The position numbers and the translations under genes were made by a program. This document shows positions 19,041 to 28,611 of a stretch of DNA of 64,000 bases, piece by piece. Origin of the DNA: Candidatus Iainarchaeum sp. (lineage in GTDB: Archaea > Iainarchaeota > Iainarchaeia > JAADDC01); contig JASUTF010000001.1 in assembly GCA_030445695.1 (NCBI GenBank), positions 882 to 64,881 on the forward strand, in the 5' to 3' direction. The notes beneath the pieces are model-generated. The model did not search any database and was not told the DNA's origin. It saw nothing but the letters and a program-made list of their open reading frames with translations. How positions within the stretch are numbered: the stretch's first letter is position 1; every line of letters starts with the position of its first letter.

Positions 19041-20042
19041 CTAACCGAAGAGGGATGCGAGTCCAGCAGCAGCATCCTCCTCAGATTTTTCCTCTTCCTC
19101 CTGCTCCTCTTCCTTCTTTTCCTCTACGGGAGCAGGGGTGGGCGTAGCCGCCGATGTGGCGGACACGAGGGCCCTTGTGGACTCATCAAGGGCCTCAGGC
19201 GGGAGTTTGGATGCAAGGGCAAGGGCCTGCGCCCTCGCCTTTGCGAGGATCTGCGGTGCAGTATCCTTCGTAACGTACCCTGCGTTGATGGACAGGTTCC
19301 TTGCCTCCGCCGCTGCCTTCGCTATGAGTATCTTGATGCTCTCCGCTGTCGGATATCCGACGTTCACTGCGAGGTTCAGGGCCTGTGCTGCGGCAGTGCG
19401 TAGGTCCTCCAGCACCTTCTCCACTGAGACGTCGAGCACGTCGCGGAGGAACACGATGCCGTCGTGCCATGCGGCGTTTATGCGCACCATTACCTCTATG
19501 GGCCGCACATCAAGCTTCATGAGGGCATCCGCAATGGTGTGTGGCACGACCTCCCCCGCCCTCACGGCCACGTAGTCCTCCGTTACCTCCACGAACCCCT
19601 TCGTTACCTTCGAGGGGATACCGGCCGCCTTTATCTCGGCTATCATGGGTGCCGGAACGGGGGTGATGCCCTTGGGTACGACGATGTCCACGGGTGCTAC
19701 CTGTCCTGCCTTGACCGGTGCGTACTGGCGGAACTCCTTGAGCGTCTTGAAGAGCTTGAACGGGTCCATATCCGTTACTATGACCGCTGTCTGGCCGTTT
19801 ATGTGCTCCTCCAGCCCCTCAATGTTGGGGATCTTGCCCTTGACCTTTTCCAGTGCGCGGAGGAGCAGGCGGTTCTTGACCACGCGGATCTTTGCCTTGC
19901 CGGAGAGCTCGCGGCGCACCTTCTGCATCATGTCTGCGGGGACGCGGTCGATGGACGCCACTGCCACCGTCTTGGCACCGGTGATCATCTCCGCGAGCTC
20001 CTCGACGATCTTCTGCTTCTTGAGTATGTTCTCGCGCACCAT
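19041..20042 (-). CDS. rpl10: Ribosomal protein uL10/P0
   Basis: VVKNRLL, DPFKL, AGQVAPVDIVVPKG and acidic tail GLASLFG. Confidence 0.95.
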   Translation of the reverse strand: MVRENILKKQKIVEELAEMITGAKTVAVASIDRVPADMMQKVRRELSGKAKIRVVKNRLLLRALEKVKGKIPNIEGLEEHINGQTAVIVTDMDPFKLFKTLKEFRQYAPVKAGQVAPVDIVVPKGITPVPAPMIAEIKAAGIPSKVTKGFVEVTEDYVAVRAGEVVPHTIADALMKLDVRPIEVMVRINAAWHDGIVFLRDVLDVSVEKVLEDLRTAAAQALNLAVNVGYPTAESIKILIAKAAAEARNLSINAGYVTKDTAPQILAKARAQALALASKLPPEALDESTRALVSATSAATPTPAPVEEKKEEEQEEEEKSEEDAAAGLASLFG

Positions 20043-20043
20043 G

Positions 20044-20700
20044 TTATATCACCCTTACGGACGGCCCCATGGTCGTCTTGACGTATATGGAGCGTATGTT
20101 CTGTTCGCTGGGGATCTTCTTAAGCACGGCGTTGTAAACGGCCATTGCGTTCTCCGCTAGGTCATCCTCAGACATTTCGACCGTCCCGATGGGTGCGTGG
20201 ACCACCGGGAGGTATTTACCCTTCTTGTTGGACACGATGACTGTGTTCCGAAGTGCCTTGACCATGGCCTCGATTGCCTTTAGGTTGGGCGGTGCGGGGC
20301 GGGGCATCTTCTTTCGCGGACCGAGGACAGAACCGATCTGCCTTGCAATGTCCTTCATGAGGGACGGTTCTGCCAGGAAGAAGTCGATCTCCTTTGCCAG
20401 CTTCTTGGCCGCCTTCTTGTCCATCTGGAGGAGTTCCTCCTTCGTTATAATGCGGTCAACGATGTTTGCCTTTTTGAGCTCGGCGGCCAGTGCCTTGTCC
20501 GCGAAGAAGCCGATTTTGACCGGTTTGCCCCTCCCCTTCGGAAGGGTAACCTGTACCTCTATCCTGTTCTCCGGCTTTTTGAAATCGATATTCCGGAAGT
20601 TGATGGCCATTTCCACGGTCTCCACGAATTTCCGTGGCTTGGCCCTCTCCTTTGCCTCCTTTATAGCTGCCTTGAACTTTTCCTTGTCTATCAGAGCCAT
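20044..20700 (-). CDS. rpl1: Ribosomal protein uL1
   Basis: RKFVETVE, LGPRKKMP and YVKTTMGP. Confidence 0.95.
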   Translation of the reverse strand: MALIDKEKFKAAIKEAKERAKPRKFVETVEMAINFRNIDFKKPENRIEVQVTLPKGRGKPVKIGFFADKALAAELKKANIVDRIITKEELLQMDKKAAKKLAKEIDFFLAEPSLMKDIARQIGSVLGPRKKMPRPAPPNLKAIEAMVKALRNTVIVSNKKGKYLPVVHAPIGTVEMSEDDLAENAMAVYNAVLKKIPSEQNIRSIYVKTTMGPSVRVI

Positions 20701-20710
20701 GATGCATCAA

Positions 20711-20740
20711 CCCCTCCCGCCTCAGGCGGTGCCGGCGGGG
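20711..20740 (-). promoter_or_regulatory. Putative L1-binding leader hairpin occluding the rpl1 SD
   Basis: CCCC-GCCGGCA-CCGCC-TGA-GGCGG-GA-GGGG resembles the GGGAG / CCG..ACC core of the 23S L1 site; TTTTAAA box at about 20768-20774. Confidence 0.5.
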
Positions 20741-20776
20741 CCCAACGTTGGAATGAGTGGGGAAGGGTTTAAAACA

Positions 20777-21250
20777 TCACCCTTCGATCTGGATCTCCCC
20801 GGCCTTTATGGCCCTCTGCACCTCCTTTGGGTGCTTCCCATCCACGTTTATGCCTGCGGACACGAGGGTCCCGAGCACGGTGAGCACGGCGGATCTGAGG
20901 GACGTTGTGTTCATCTCCGGAAGCTTCTCCTTCGCTATCTCTATGACGTCATTCAGGGTCATGTTACCCACGACCTCGCTGCCTGGGTTGCTGGCACCCT
21001 TCTCCTTGCCGATCTTCTTCAGTGCGAGGGCGCTCGTGGGTGGTGTCCCCACCTCTATCTCGTACTCCTTTGTGGCCGGGTCGATCTTGAGTATGACGGG
21101 CACCATCATGCCCGCGAACTTTGCCGTGGCCTTGTTTATGTCCGCCACTACCTTCCCTGCGTTCACGCCCAGTGGGCCGAGTGCTGGTCCGATGGGCGGT
21201 CCAGGGGTCGCCTTTCCTCCAGGTACGAGGAACCTCAACTCTACGGTCAT
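20777..21250 (-). CDS. rpl11: Ribosomal protein uL11
   Basis: GGKATPGPPIGPALGPLG. Confidence 0.96.
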   Translation of the reverse strand: MTVELRFLVPGGKATPGPPIGPALGPLGVNAGKVVADINKATAKFAGMMVPVILKIDPATKEYEIEVGTPPTSALALKKIGKEKGASNPGSEVVGNMTLNDVIEIAKEKLPEMNTTSLRSAVLTVLGTLVSAGINVDGKHPKEVQRAIKAGEIQIEG

Positions 21251-21729
21251 GCTTCTCCCTCCGATAATGCCCTAACGTTTTCTGCCTCCACGGTTATGGG
21301 GATTTTAACGGCCGTTTCGAGGAGCTCGACTGTGACCTCCTCCTTCTGCGGGTCAACACGTATGATCTTCGCCTTCGCTCCCTTGAACGGGCCGGCGATC
21401 AGCTTCACGATAGCTCCGGGCTTGAGCTCGTCGAGTATGGGCTTGGACTCCAGCATTGCGTCCAGCTCGGAGACGTCCATGCCGCCCCTTCCGATGAGCC
21501 CCTTTACGTGGGGAACGCCTGTGATGATCCTCCTGACCGTTACCTCGTCAATCGCCTCGACGAGCACGTATCCCTTCACCTGCGGGGGAACAATGATGGA
21601 GAGAAGGCCCTCCTCCCCTTCTGCCATCCTGTGCTTCGACCGCTCGTAGAGAAGAGTGGCCACTAGGTCTTCCTGGCCGGCAGTCGTCCTTACGCCCCAT
21701 ATCTGTGTCTTCGGGCCTTCTTCGCTCAT
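21247..21729 (-). CDS. spt5: Transcription elongation factor Spt5/NusG
   Basis: VRTTAGQE, KGYVLVE and KOW motif IAGPFKG. Confidence 0.94.
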   Translation of the reverse strand: MSEEGPKTQIWGVRTTAGQEDLVATLLYERSKHRMAEGEEGLLSIIVPPQVKGYVLVEAIDEVTVRRIITGVPHVKGLIGRGGMDVSELDAMLESKPILDELKPGAIVKLIAGPFKGAKAKIIRVDPQKEEVTVELLETAVKIPITVEAENVRALSEGEA

Positions 21730-21738
21730 AAAACCACC

Positions 21739-21909
21739 TTATATTTGGGTGAGCAGGTAGTATATCCAGTGGATCACGTAGCCAATGAGCCCGAGGAGTG
21801 CAATGCCCACTCCCGTGACCTTTGCAGTGCGTATGATCTCTTCCTTCGTTGGCTTTCTTGCGAGCTTCCACACTCGCTTCGCTTGATCAATGAACTCGCC
21901 GAGGCCCAT
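21739..21909 (-). CDS. secE: Protein translocase subunit SecE/Sec61-gamma (56 aa, below the ORF-track cutoff)
   Basis: MGLGEFIDQAKRVWKLARKPTKEEIIRTAKVTGVGIALLGLIGYVI; lies between ftsZ and spt5. Confidence 0.92.
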   Translation of the reverse strand: MGLGEFIDQAKRVWKLARKPTKEEIIRTAKVTGVGIALLGLIGYVIHWIYYLLTQI

Positions 21910-21930
21910 GGCTACCTACTCCTCTACACT

Positions 21931-23058
21931 TTACTCGACGAAATCTATATCAAGGTTTAGGCGTTTCTCTGCGATTTCCTGGAGTTCCTGCAGGTAGGGG
22001 ATTCTCCCGCCGGATATGACCACCATGGTCTGTATGAGGTTCTTCGGGAGTTCTGGATCTATCATTGCACCCCATATGATGTGTGCCCTCGGGTGGATCT
22101 TGGACGCCACCGCCTCTGCGATCATCTCTGCCTCCTTGAGCGTCATCTCTGCCCCGCCGACCACGTTCACCAGTGCGCGGTCGGCCTCACTTATATCAAC
22201 GTCCAGGAGAGGCGATGCAAGTGCGTTCTCTACCGCCTCCAGCGCGCGGTCCTCCGGCGTTCCGTCATTCTGGGACTCTCCTATGCCGATCACCGCCGGG
22301 CCGCCCTTTGCCAGGACGGTCTTGAGGTCGTTGAAGTCTAGGTTGATGAGACCGGGCTTCGTAATCATCTCCGTTATGCCCTTTATGGCGTTGGCCAGGA
22401 TCTCGTCGGACACCTTGAACGCCGCGTTTATGGGCAGGTCCGGTGCGATCTCCAAGAGTTTATCGTTCGGAATGATGATAATCGTGTCCGCTGCCTTGAG
22501 GAGCTTTGCCAGTGCAGTTATCGCATTCTCAAGGCGCACGCGGCCCTCTGAGGAGAATGGAAGCGTTACAACGGCCACTGTGAGCGCACCCATCTCCCTT
22601 GCCGTCTCCGCGATGATCGGTGCTGAACCAGAACCCGTTCCACCGCCGAGACCGGCCGTGACGAAAACGAGGTCAGCATCCTTCAGAGCTTCCTTTATCT
22701 CCTCAATGTCCTCCTGAGCTGCCTGTTCGCCCAGGCGGGGGTCAGAACCAGCACCAAGACCCTTGAGAAGACGCTTACCTATGAGTATCTTCCTGTCTGC
22801 AGGCGTATAAACGAGCTGTTGAGCATCCGTGTTCACGGCGATGAGCTCGGCGCCCTTTACGCCCATCTCGTGCAGGCGGGAAATCGTGTTGTTCCCTGCA
22901 CCTCCTGCACCCACGACCTTTATTGTGGGAAGCGCCTCCTTCAAAAACGACTCAAGATCTTCATCCTTTCCGGTTTTCTTTTTCTCCGCCTGCTCGGCCC
23001 GAGCCCTATTAACAGCCCTTTCTATGACGGTCTTCAAGGTGATCATCCCCTTGCCCAA
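21931..23058 (-). CDS. ftsZ: Cell division protein FtsZ (FtsZ1-type context)
   Basis: GAGGAGNN, NTDAQ, GLGGGTGSG and INLDFND. Confidence 0.96.
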   Translation of the reverse strand: MGKGMITLKTVIERAVNRARAEQAEKKKTGKDEDLESFLKEALPTIKVVGAGGAGNNTISRLHEMGVKGAELIAVNTDAQQLVYTPADRKILIGKRLLKGLGAGSDPRLGEQAAQEDIEEIKEALKDADLVFVTAGLGGGTGSGSAPIIAETAREMGALTVAVVTLPFSSEGRVRLENAITALAKLLKAADTIIIIPNDKLLEIAPDLPINAAFKVSDEILANAIKGITEMITKPGLINLDFNDLKTVLAKGGPAVIGIGESQNDGTPEDRALEAVENALASPLLDVDISEADRALVNVVGGAEMTLKEAEMIAEAVASKIHPRAHIIWGAMIDPELPKNLIQTMVVISGGRIPYLQELQEIAEKRLNLDIDFVE

Positions 23059-23180
23059 ATTTTCTTACTGAATATTATTCCGCAGGCAAATGTTATAAAA
23101 GGCATGCTGGGAGGGGCTATGCAATCGGGTATCTCTCCCTGTCCCGATCTCCGTTCAAAGACCGAACGATTTTTGCCGTT

Positions 23181-23990
23181 TCAGTGCATCTTTCTAATCA
23201 CCGCTGCGACGTTTGCCCTGAGTGCTCCCATGTATTCGCGGATCCGCCCGCCCTCCCCTTCGTTCATGGGCACGTTGATGTTGAGGGAGAGGGGCGTTAT
23301 GGCTATGTTGCCCTCGCGGAAGACCACATGTACATCCGTTCCCGGCTCGATTTCCGTCGGTTCTCCATAGATCCAATAGTATTTCTCACCCATTGGGTCC
23401 GTTCTCTCGTCCACCAACTCCCGCCAGCGCAGTTTAGCTGCAGGGACCACTTTCACGTCTGTTTTCTCTGTTATCTTTCCCGGCAGGTTCACGCTGATCA
23501 CGTCCACGCCCTCCGGCAGTCCAAAGGTTAGGACGTGCTCCACGACGGACCTTATGACCTGTGTGACCTTCTCCGCCTGCTCCTCTATCTCCTCGCCGTC
23601 GCTCACGGCCATGGAGAATGCGATGGCGGGAATGCCCAGCAGTGCCGCCTGTGCTGCCGCCCCGATCGTCCCCGACGAAAGAATGACCTGAATACTTGTG
23701 TTGTCCCCCACGTTAATACCGGAGACCACGAGGTCCACAGGCCCCGTTATTACGTTTGTGGCGATGTGGATGATGTCCGACGGCGTTCCGGAGATGGCGA
23801 ATGTATTCTCCTTTCCAGGAACTCTCTTTACTCGCAGGGGTTTGTGTAGCGTCATTCCGAGGCCCGTGGCGCTCTTTGGCTTTTCAGGTGCCACCACGTA
23901 GACGTCTCCGAATCCCCTGACCGCGTCTGCCAGCACGTAGAGGCCGGGGGAGTGTATGCCGTCATCGTTGGTCACGAGAATCTTTACCAT
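23181..23990 (-). CDS. surE: 5'/3'-nucleotidase SurE
   Basis: ILVTNDDG, GTPSD, VSGIN.GDN and SGTIGAA. Confidence 0.93.
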   Translation of the reverse strand: MVKILVTNDDGIHSPGLYVLADAVRGFGDVYVVAPEKPKSATGLGMTLHKPLRVKRVPGKENTFAISGTPSDIIHIATNVITGPVDLVVSGINVGDNTSIQVILSSGTIGAAAQAALLGIPAIAFSMAVSDGEEIEEQAEKVTQVIRSVVEHVLTFGLPEGVDVISVNLPGKITEKTDVKVVPAAKLRWRELVDERTDPMGEKYYWIYGEPTEIEPGTDVHVVFREGNIAITPLSLNINVPMNEGEGGRIREYMGALRANVAAVIRKMH

Positions 23991-24012
23991 GTAATATATG
24001 CGGGGAGAACCG

Positions 24013-24936
24013 TTATAACCCCTTTCGCTTCCTTTCTTCCCGCATCCTGCTCACTGCTGCCCTGTGTGCGAGCATCAGGGGGAGGGGTTGTCTTCCCCCC
24101 TTCCAGAACATGCGGGCTATGTGCAGGGACGCACCCACAGTCATCCTGTGGCCCGGGGACACGTATGCGTCCCCCACCTTCCATCCCACGTGCTTCCCGT
24201 CCACGAACACCTTTCCTCCTTCTTCACGACCCACGAGCCGGCTCTTTGCGACCCCCACGCTTGGAACGTCAAGAACGACGCCGAAGTGCGCCGCCTCCCC
24301 CGCTCTTCTCGGGTGTATCCACCCGTGCCCGTCCACGAGCATCACGTCAAACTCCATATTTTTTGCTACGTTCCATACGAAGGGCATCTCCCGGAACGCA
24401 AGGTATGTGGGCACGTAGGGGAAGAGGACGTCCCCCACCCACGTCCTCTCCTCTATAACTTGTCCCCTCCTGTCCACAACAACGGCAGCGCCCACGCCGA
24501 AATCGTCCCAGTACGATACGTCTACCCCAACCGCCGTTTCAACATGCCCGGGCTCTTCCACGACGATCCGTTCACGCAGGCGGTTCTGAGCGTATCTCAT
24601 ACGTTCAAAGATCTTCGGCGCCTTCAGCTCCTCGTGAGTGATCAGATGCTTCTTCAGGTTCACCTTCCCGTCCACGAATGTCACTCCTTCCTTCCGCAGC
24701 AGCTCTTTTTTCCTTTCGGGCCCCCCGAAGGCGTATCCACCCAGCGACCCGTCGGACATGACCACGCGGTGGCACGGTATCTCCACGGGCCGCGGGTTTT
24801 TCTTCAGGGCCTCCCCCACTGCCCTTGCTGCTCTTATATCTCCAAGCGCCTTCGCAATCTCCCCGTAGGTTGTCACCTTCCCCTCCGGGATCTGGGACAC
24901 CACGTCCAGCACGAGCCGGTCAAAGTAGTTAAGCAT
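24013..24936 (-). CDS. O6-alkylguanine alkyltransferase-endonuclease V fusion
   Basis: N-terminal TYGEIA..ARAVG..PCHRV; C-terminal GVDVSY, FPYVPTYLAFRE, DGHGWIHPR, GVAKS and YVSPGH. Confidence 0.9.
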   Translation of the reverse strand: MLNYFDRLVLDVVSQIPEGKVTTYGEIAKALGDIRAARAVGEALKKNPRPVEIPCHRVVMSDGSLGGYAFGGPERKKELLRKEGVTFVDGKVNLKKHLITHEELKAPKIFERMRYAQNRLRERIVVEEPGHVETAVGVDVSYWDDFGVGAAVVVDRRGQVIEERTWVGDVLFPYVPTYLAFREMPFVWNVAKNMEFDVMLVDGHGWIHPRRAGEAAHFGVVLDVPSVGVAKSRLVGREEGGKVFVDGKHVGWKVGDAYVSPGHRMTVGASLHIARMFWKGGRQPLPLMLAHRAAVSRMREERKRKGL

Positions 24937-24967
24937 CGTTAAAAGGACGTTGCGTTCAGTTTAAACC

Positions 24968-25672
24968 ATGCACCTCCTCATCCACCGCCCCACGGGAAAG
25001 CGTTACCTCGCCAAATCCCTGCCCCACAACACGGAACATGGCCTCGTTCGAGAGGGGGGGAGGACGGAGTCGTCCACAGGGGAACCGTTCACCGTTACCG
25101 AGCCCCGTTTTGTCGATCTCTGGCTGAAGATCCGCCGGGGCCCCCAGTGGACCCACCCCAAGGATCTTTCTCTCATTGTGGGCCTGACCGGGGTCGGGCC
25201 CGGCTGGCGTGTGGTTGATGCGGGAACGGGCTCCGGCTTTGCGGCGAGCTTCTTTGCCTACCACGTGCGCCCTGACGGTCACGTTTACTCCTACGACGTG
25301 CGGCCCCAGAACCTGCGGATCGGCCGGGAGAACGCAGAACTCTTCGGGCTCTCCGACTACATCACATTCAAGGAGGGTTCCGTTTACGAAGGCATTGAGG
25401 AAAGGGATGTGGATCTTGTCTTTCTCGACCTTCCAGAGCCGTGGTGGGCGTTTGAACACGCGGCAGAGGCGTTAAAGGTGGGAGGGTTCCTCGTTCTATA
25501 CCTTCCGACAGTGGATCAGGTGCTCACTGCCAAGAAGGAACTGACAGACGAATTCACGCCCTTCGAGGTCTACGAGGTTCTTCTAAGGAAGTGGAAGAAC
25601 ACGGACATCCTCCGCCCGGAAAACACGGGGTTACTCCACACCGCTTTTATTCTGATTTCACGCCGCGTCTAA
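24968..25672 (+). CDS. trmI: tRNA m1A57/58 methyltransferase TrmI
   Basis: RGPQ..HPKD, DAGTGSG, LDLPEPW and HTAF. Confidence 0.9.
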   Translation: MHLLIHRPTGKRYLAKSLPHNTEHGLVREGGRTESSTGEPFTVTEPRFVDLWLKIRRGPQWTHPKDLSLIVGLTGVGPGWRVVDAGTGSGFAASFFAYHVRPDGHVYSYDVRPQNLRIGRENAELFGLSDYITFKEGSVYEGIEERDVDLVFLDLPEPWWAFEHAAEALKVGGFLVLYLPTVDQVLTAKKELTDEFTPFEVYEVLLRKWKNTDILRPENTGLLHTAFILISRRV

Positions 25673-25697
25673 AAAACAGAAAAAGAAGGGAAGGGCT

Positions 25698-26036
25698 TCA
25701 GTAGCCCTCCTTAAAGACCTTTGCTATGTACTGGAGCATTGCTGCAGGCATATAGATCCATGCCATGAGGCCGAGGTAGGTTGCAATCCACTGCATCAGT
25801 GCGAAGCCACCGAGTACGCCGGCGATGTCAAAGAACGTCGCTATTGTGTATGCGATACCGTAGAACACTGCGCGCTCGAAGAGGCCCTTGATCTCCTCCT
25901 TGAACGCGAAGATGCCCATGATAATACCGATCACCAGCTCTGCCAGCGCTATCCAGACAAGTGCTTCCTGGAACCAGAAGCCAATCACTGCAAGGATCCA
26001 GCCAAGCCAGACGAGGTACTTCATCCAGTCCTCCAT
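25698..26036 (-). CDS. Hypothetical four-TM membrane protein
   Basis: Hydrophobic 112-aa ORF with GGAGGTG SD. Confidence 0.7.
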   Translation of the reverse strand: MEDWMKYLVWLGWILAVIGFWFQEALVWIALAELVIGIIMGIFAFKEEIKGLFERAVFYGIAYTIATFFDIAGVLGGFALMQWIATYLGLMAWIYMPAAMLQYIAKVFKEGY

Positions 26037-26087
26037 GTGTTACACCTCCGTCCGTGGGTTTCGCTATTTTTCTGGTAATTTGCTTCT

Positions 26088-26408
26088 TTAAATATTGTTG
26101 CCCCCGTTCGACAATTGCCGTGATTTTGACCGCAGCCGTTTGAGCGTCCCCGACTCTCTTTCTACCCATACCGGCTTTTCGAAGGAGTATGAGGCAATTG
26201 CTGCACGCACCATCCAGTCGAAGTCCCTTGACACCCTTGCCACGGTGTAATCTTCTCCTTCTTCTATCTTTTGTAGCCCAGAAACCGCGGTATACACGTC
26301 TCCAAACTCCTTTTTCATCGCTGTGACCACTTCTTTCCACTTTGCGTTTCTGATCAGCAGATATCTCCTTTTCTCCCTCAGTGTGGGAGGTGTTGGCTTT
26401 ATCCTCAT
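26088..26408 (-). CDS. pop5: RNase P protein Pop5/Rpp14
   Basis: PPTLREKRRY and SGTLKRL. Confidence 0.85.
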   Translation of the reverse strand: MRIKPTPPTLREKRRYLLIRNAKWKEVVTAMKKEFGDVYTAVSGLQKIEEGEDYTVARVSRDFDWMVRAAIASYSFEKPVWVERESGTLKRLRSKSRQLSNGGNNI

Positions 26409-26923
26409 ATGAACGCCTCCCAGTTGTCTGAAACGGCCGCCAGTGCCTGTGGCACCGTCAGGCCCAGCGTCCTTCCCACTGCCGCTATATCCCTTGGCGC
26501 CCGCAGATCCTCGATTCTTTTCGCGCCGCTTGCCAGGAGTATGGGCACGCGTCCCTTATGTAGAAGCGTAAGATTTCGGGCCGCGTTCTGCATGCTCCGG
26601 AAGTCGGATCGGATATAGTCAAGCGTGATGAGGGCCGCGACGTTTCTCTCCTTCATGATGTGCACCACCTGCATGTCTATGCGTGTTCTCAGCTCCATTA
26701 CTGCGTTGTCCACCCACGCCCCTTCCTTTGCGTCGGTGATGCTCTCAGCCACGTATACCGGTATCTTCCCGGCGTCTCTTGCCTTTCTCGCCGCTTTTCT
26801 TGCCTCTCCCTTCTTTCCGTGAATCTCTATAAAATCATCGTTGGTGAGCACGCGGTGAAAGCCCAGAATCTCCTTCCATTCCCCCACACCGTCCATCCGC
26901 ACGAGATCGTAAAAACGCCGCAC
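26405..26923 (-). CDS. rpp30: RNase P protein Rpp30
   Basis: C-terminal VPILLASGA...DLRAPRD; conserved context with pop5 and eL15. Confidence 0.8.
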   Translation of the reverse strand: MRRFYDLVRMDGVGEWKEILGFHRVLTNDDFIEIHGKKGEARKAARKARDAGKIPVYVAESITDAKEGAWVDNAVMELRTRIDMQVVHIMKERNVAALITLDYIRSDFRSMQNAARNLTLLHKGRVPILLASGAKRIEDLRAPRDIAAVGRTLGLTVPQALAAVSDNWEAFI

Positions 26924-26947
26924 GTAGAAACTTATGCCTTGCTCTTC

Positions 26948-27409
26948 TTATTCCTTTTCGAAGAGTCGCTTGAACGATTTGAGATATTCTTCGGGCTTTG
27001 CCGGATACGCCTCGAGCTGGACTCGGACTTTTATGACTCCTCCACCGCCCGTGAGCACTGGTTTGCCCTTATATGCCTCCTGCTTGTCGAAACGCAGATG
27101 CACCGTCCCGTACTCGTCCAGGAAGTCGTCCGGATGGTTTAATATATACTCCACGTCCCTTTCGCTCAGCAAAGACCTTATGTGGGCCCACCACTTCCTC
27201 GCATCGCTCTTCCTCGTTGCCTTTGCCTCTACGATGATGATAGGGTTTCCGAGAACTCCTTTAACCTTTTTCTTTTGGATCTGGATCTTCATCTTCTTTC
27301 TCTCTTCCTCCGGCGGCAGAACGAGGGAAAACGCCTTCATTACCTTCTCTTCGTCTTCCGTGGCCCGTATGAACACCATGGCAGAAATAGAGAGGATTGG
27401 GGAAGGCAT
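26948..27409 (-). CDS. DUF54 / COG1325 RNA-binding protein
   Basis: ATEDEEKV, GVLGNPI and LRFDKQEAY. Confidence 0.85.
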   Translation of the reverse strand: MPSPILSISAMVFIRATEDEEKVMKAFSLVLPPEEERKKMKIQIQKKKVKGVLGNPIIIVEAKATRKSDARKWWAHIRSLLSERDVEYILNHPDDFLDEYGTVHLRFDKQEAYKGKPVLTGGGGVIKVRVQLEAYPAKPEEYLKSFKRLFEKE

Positions 27410-28012
27410 TTACTTCGCCTTCCTGTTGTTCGCCTTGAGGGACGGACGGACCTTCTCGGCGCCCTTGCCCTTGTTCCTCAGGCCTCTACCCTTCTTTCCG
27501 GCGCTGGTGAGCCCGCGGAACGCACGGCCGCGGTGCTGTGGCTCGGCTATCCAGCGGAGGTCCTTGTCCGCGAGGATTGCTGGGTTGTGCGGGTCAACGA
27601 GTATGACCTCGTACCAGTAGTGCTGTCCGTCCTCTCCCACGTAGTAGGAGTTCAGAACTTCGAGGTTCCTGTATCTCCTTGCGGCGCGCTCCTCTGCAAT
27701 CCTCTGTATGGATATCCTGCGCGTGAGCTTGTTCACACCCATTCTCTTAGGTCTTCTTCCCTTGTTTGGGCGGATGTGGCGACCGGAACCCTTGCGCACG
27801 CGCACGCGGACGACGATGATGCCCTGCTTCGCCTTGTATCCCAGTGCCTTTGCGCGCGCGAGGTTCGTGGGGCGCTCCACCTTCACAATGGCTGGCTCGC
27901 GCCTCCACTGGATGAGCTTCTCCTTCATCCTCTCGTCGTAGTCGTAAAAATCGTCCTCTTCGCCCATATACTCCTTCTGCAGTATCTTGCTTATGTACTT
28001 ATACACTCCCAT
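27410..28012 (-). CDS. rpl15e: 50S ribosomal protein eL15
   Basis: [28 protein letters not shown] and RGLTSAG. Confidence 0.96.
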   Translation of the reverse strand: MGVYKYISKILQKEYMGEEDDFYDYDERMKEKLIQWRREPAIVKVERPTNLARAKALGYKAKQGIIVVRVRVRKGSGRHIRPNKGRRPKRMGVNKLTRRISIQRIAEERAARRYRNLEVLNSYYVGEDGQHYWYEVILVDPHNPAILADKDLRWIAEPQHRGRAFRGLTSAGKKGRGLRNKGKGAEKVRPSLKANNRKAK

Positions 28013-28025
28013 TCTTCACACCTCC

Positions 28026-28055
28026 GCGGCTCAGGGTGTCCCCATCATCCCGCCG
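28026..28055 (-). promoter_or_regulatory. Box C/D-like k-turn leader upstream of rpl15e
   Basis: GCGGC-GGG-ATGATG-GGACACC-CTGA-GCCGC, abutting the SD GGAGGTG. Confidence 0.6.
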
Positions 28056-28088
28056 CTCTCAGAGATGGGATAAAGAATCGTTAAAAAA

Positions 28089-28562
28089 TTACTCTCCCAC
28101 CACCTCGCCGATGCCGTAGGATACCAGCACTACGAACGTAGCGAACACGATGTGTTGAAGTACCGCCTTCCACGGATTTTCACCGTGGTCTTTTGCTGAC
28201 ATCCACGAGAGTATCGCGATGAGTCCGTACCCCCAGGCGACTGCTGGCAAGAAGTAGTCTGTCTTGAACACGAGGATGATGACGATGAACGACATTGCAA
28301 CCAGGAATTTCGCCAGAAGGGCACCCAGCGGTACCCAGAGAGTCCTTTTACCTTCTCCGTGTTCCATCTCTTCGCTGACGTGCATCCCAAAGGCGTCAGA
28401 CAGCGAGTCCGCGATCCCGATGATTAAGACGGCCATTGTCAGTGCCCTGATGTCGTTCAAACCTGAAAATCCCGCTATGACCGCGAGTATCGTCACGATG
28501 CTCGTGGGCACACCGAAGCCCGCACCCTTTTTCAGGAGGTCTGCAACGCCCATACCTACCAT
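28089..28562 (-). CDS. VIT1/CCC1-like membrane protein
   Basis: FG..T.I.T, IADSLSDAFGMHVSEE. Confidence 0.75.
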   Translation of the reverse strand: MVGMGVADLLKKGAGFGVPTSIVTILAVIAGFSGLNDIRALTMAVLIIGIADSLSDAFGMHVSEEMEHGEGKRTLWVPLGALLAKFLVAMSFIVIILVFKTDYFLPAVAWGYGLIAILSWMSAKDHGENPWKAVLQHIVFATFVVLVSYGIGEVVGE

Positions 28563-28611
28563 CCCCGTTTATATTCCCCTTACGGAATTATTAATGCGAC
28601 AGGGCGGTATT

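Noticed and set aside
18716-19075. Repeated [10 protein letters not shown] coding sequence
   Set aside because: This is the known shared C-terminus of stalk proteins P0 and P1.
20189-21649. 486-aa plus-strand ORF and many similar long antisense ORFs
   Set aside because: These are shadows of well-supported opposite-strand genes in GC-rich DNA.
23060-23180. SD-like sequence plus ATG and a hairpin between surE and ftsZ
   Set aside because: The ORF runs antisense into surE with no recognisable features; more likely ftsZ promoter/terminator DNA.
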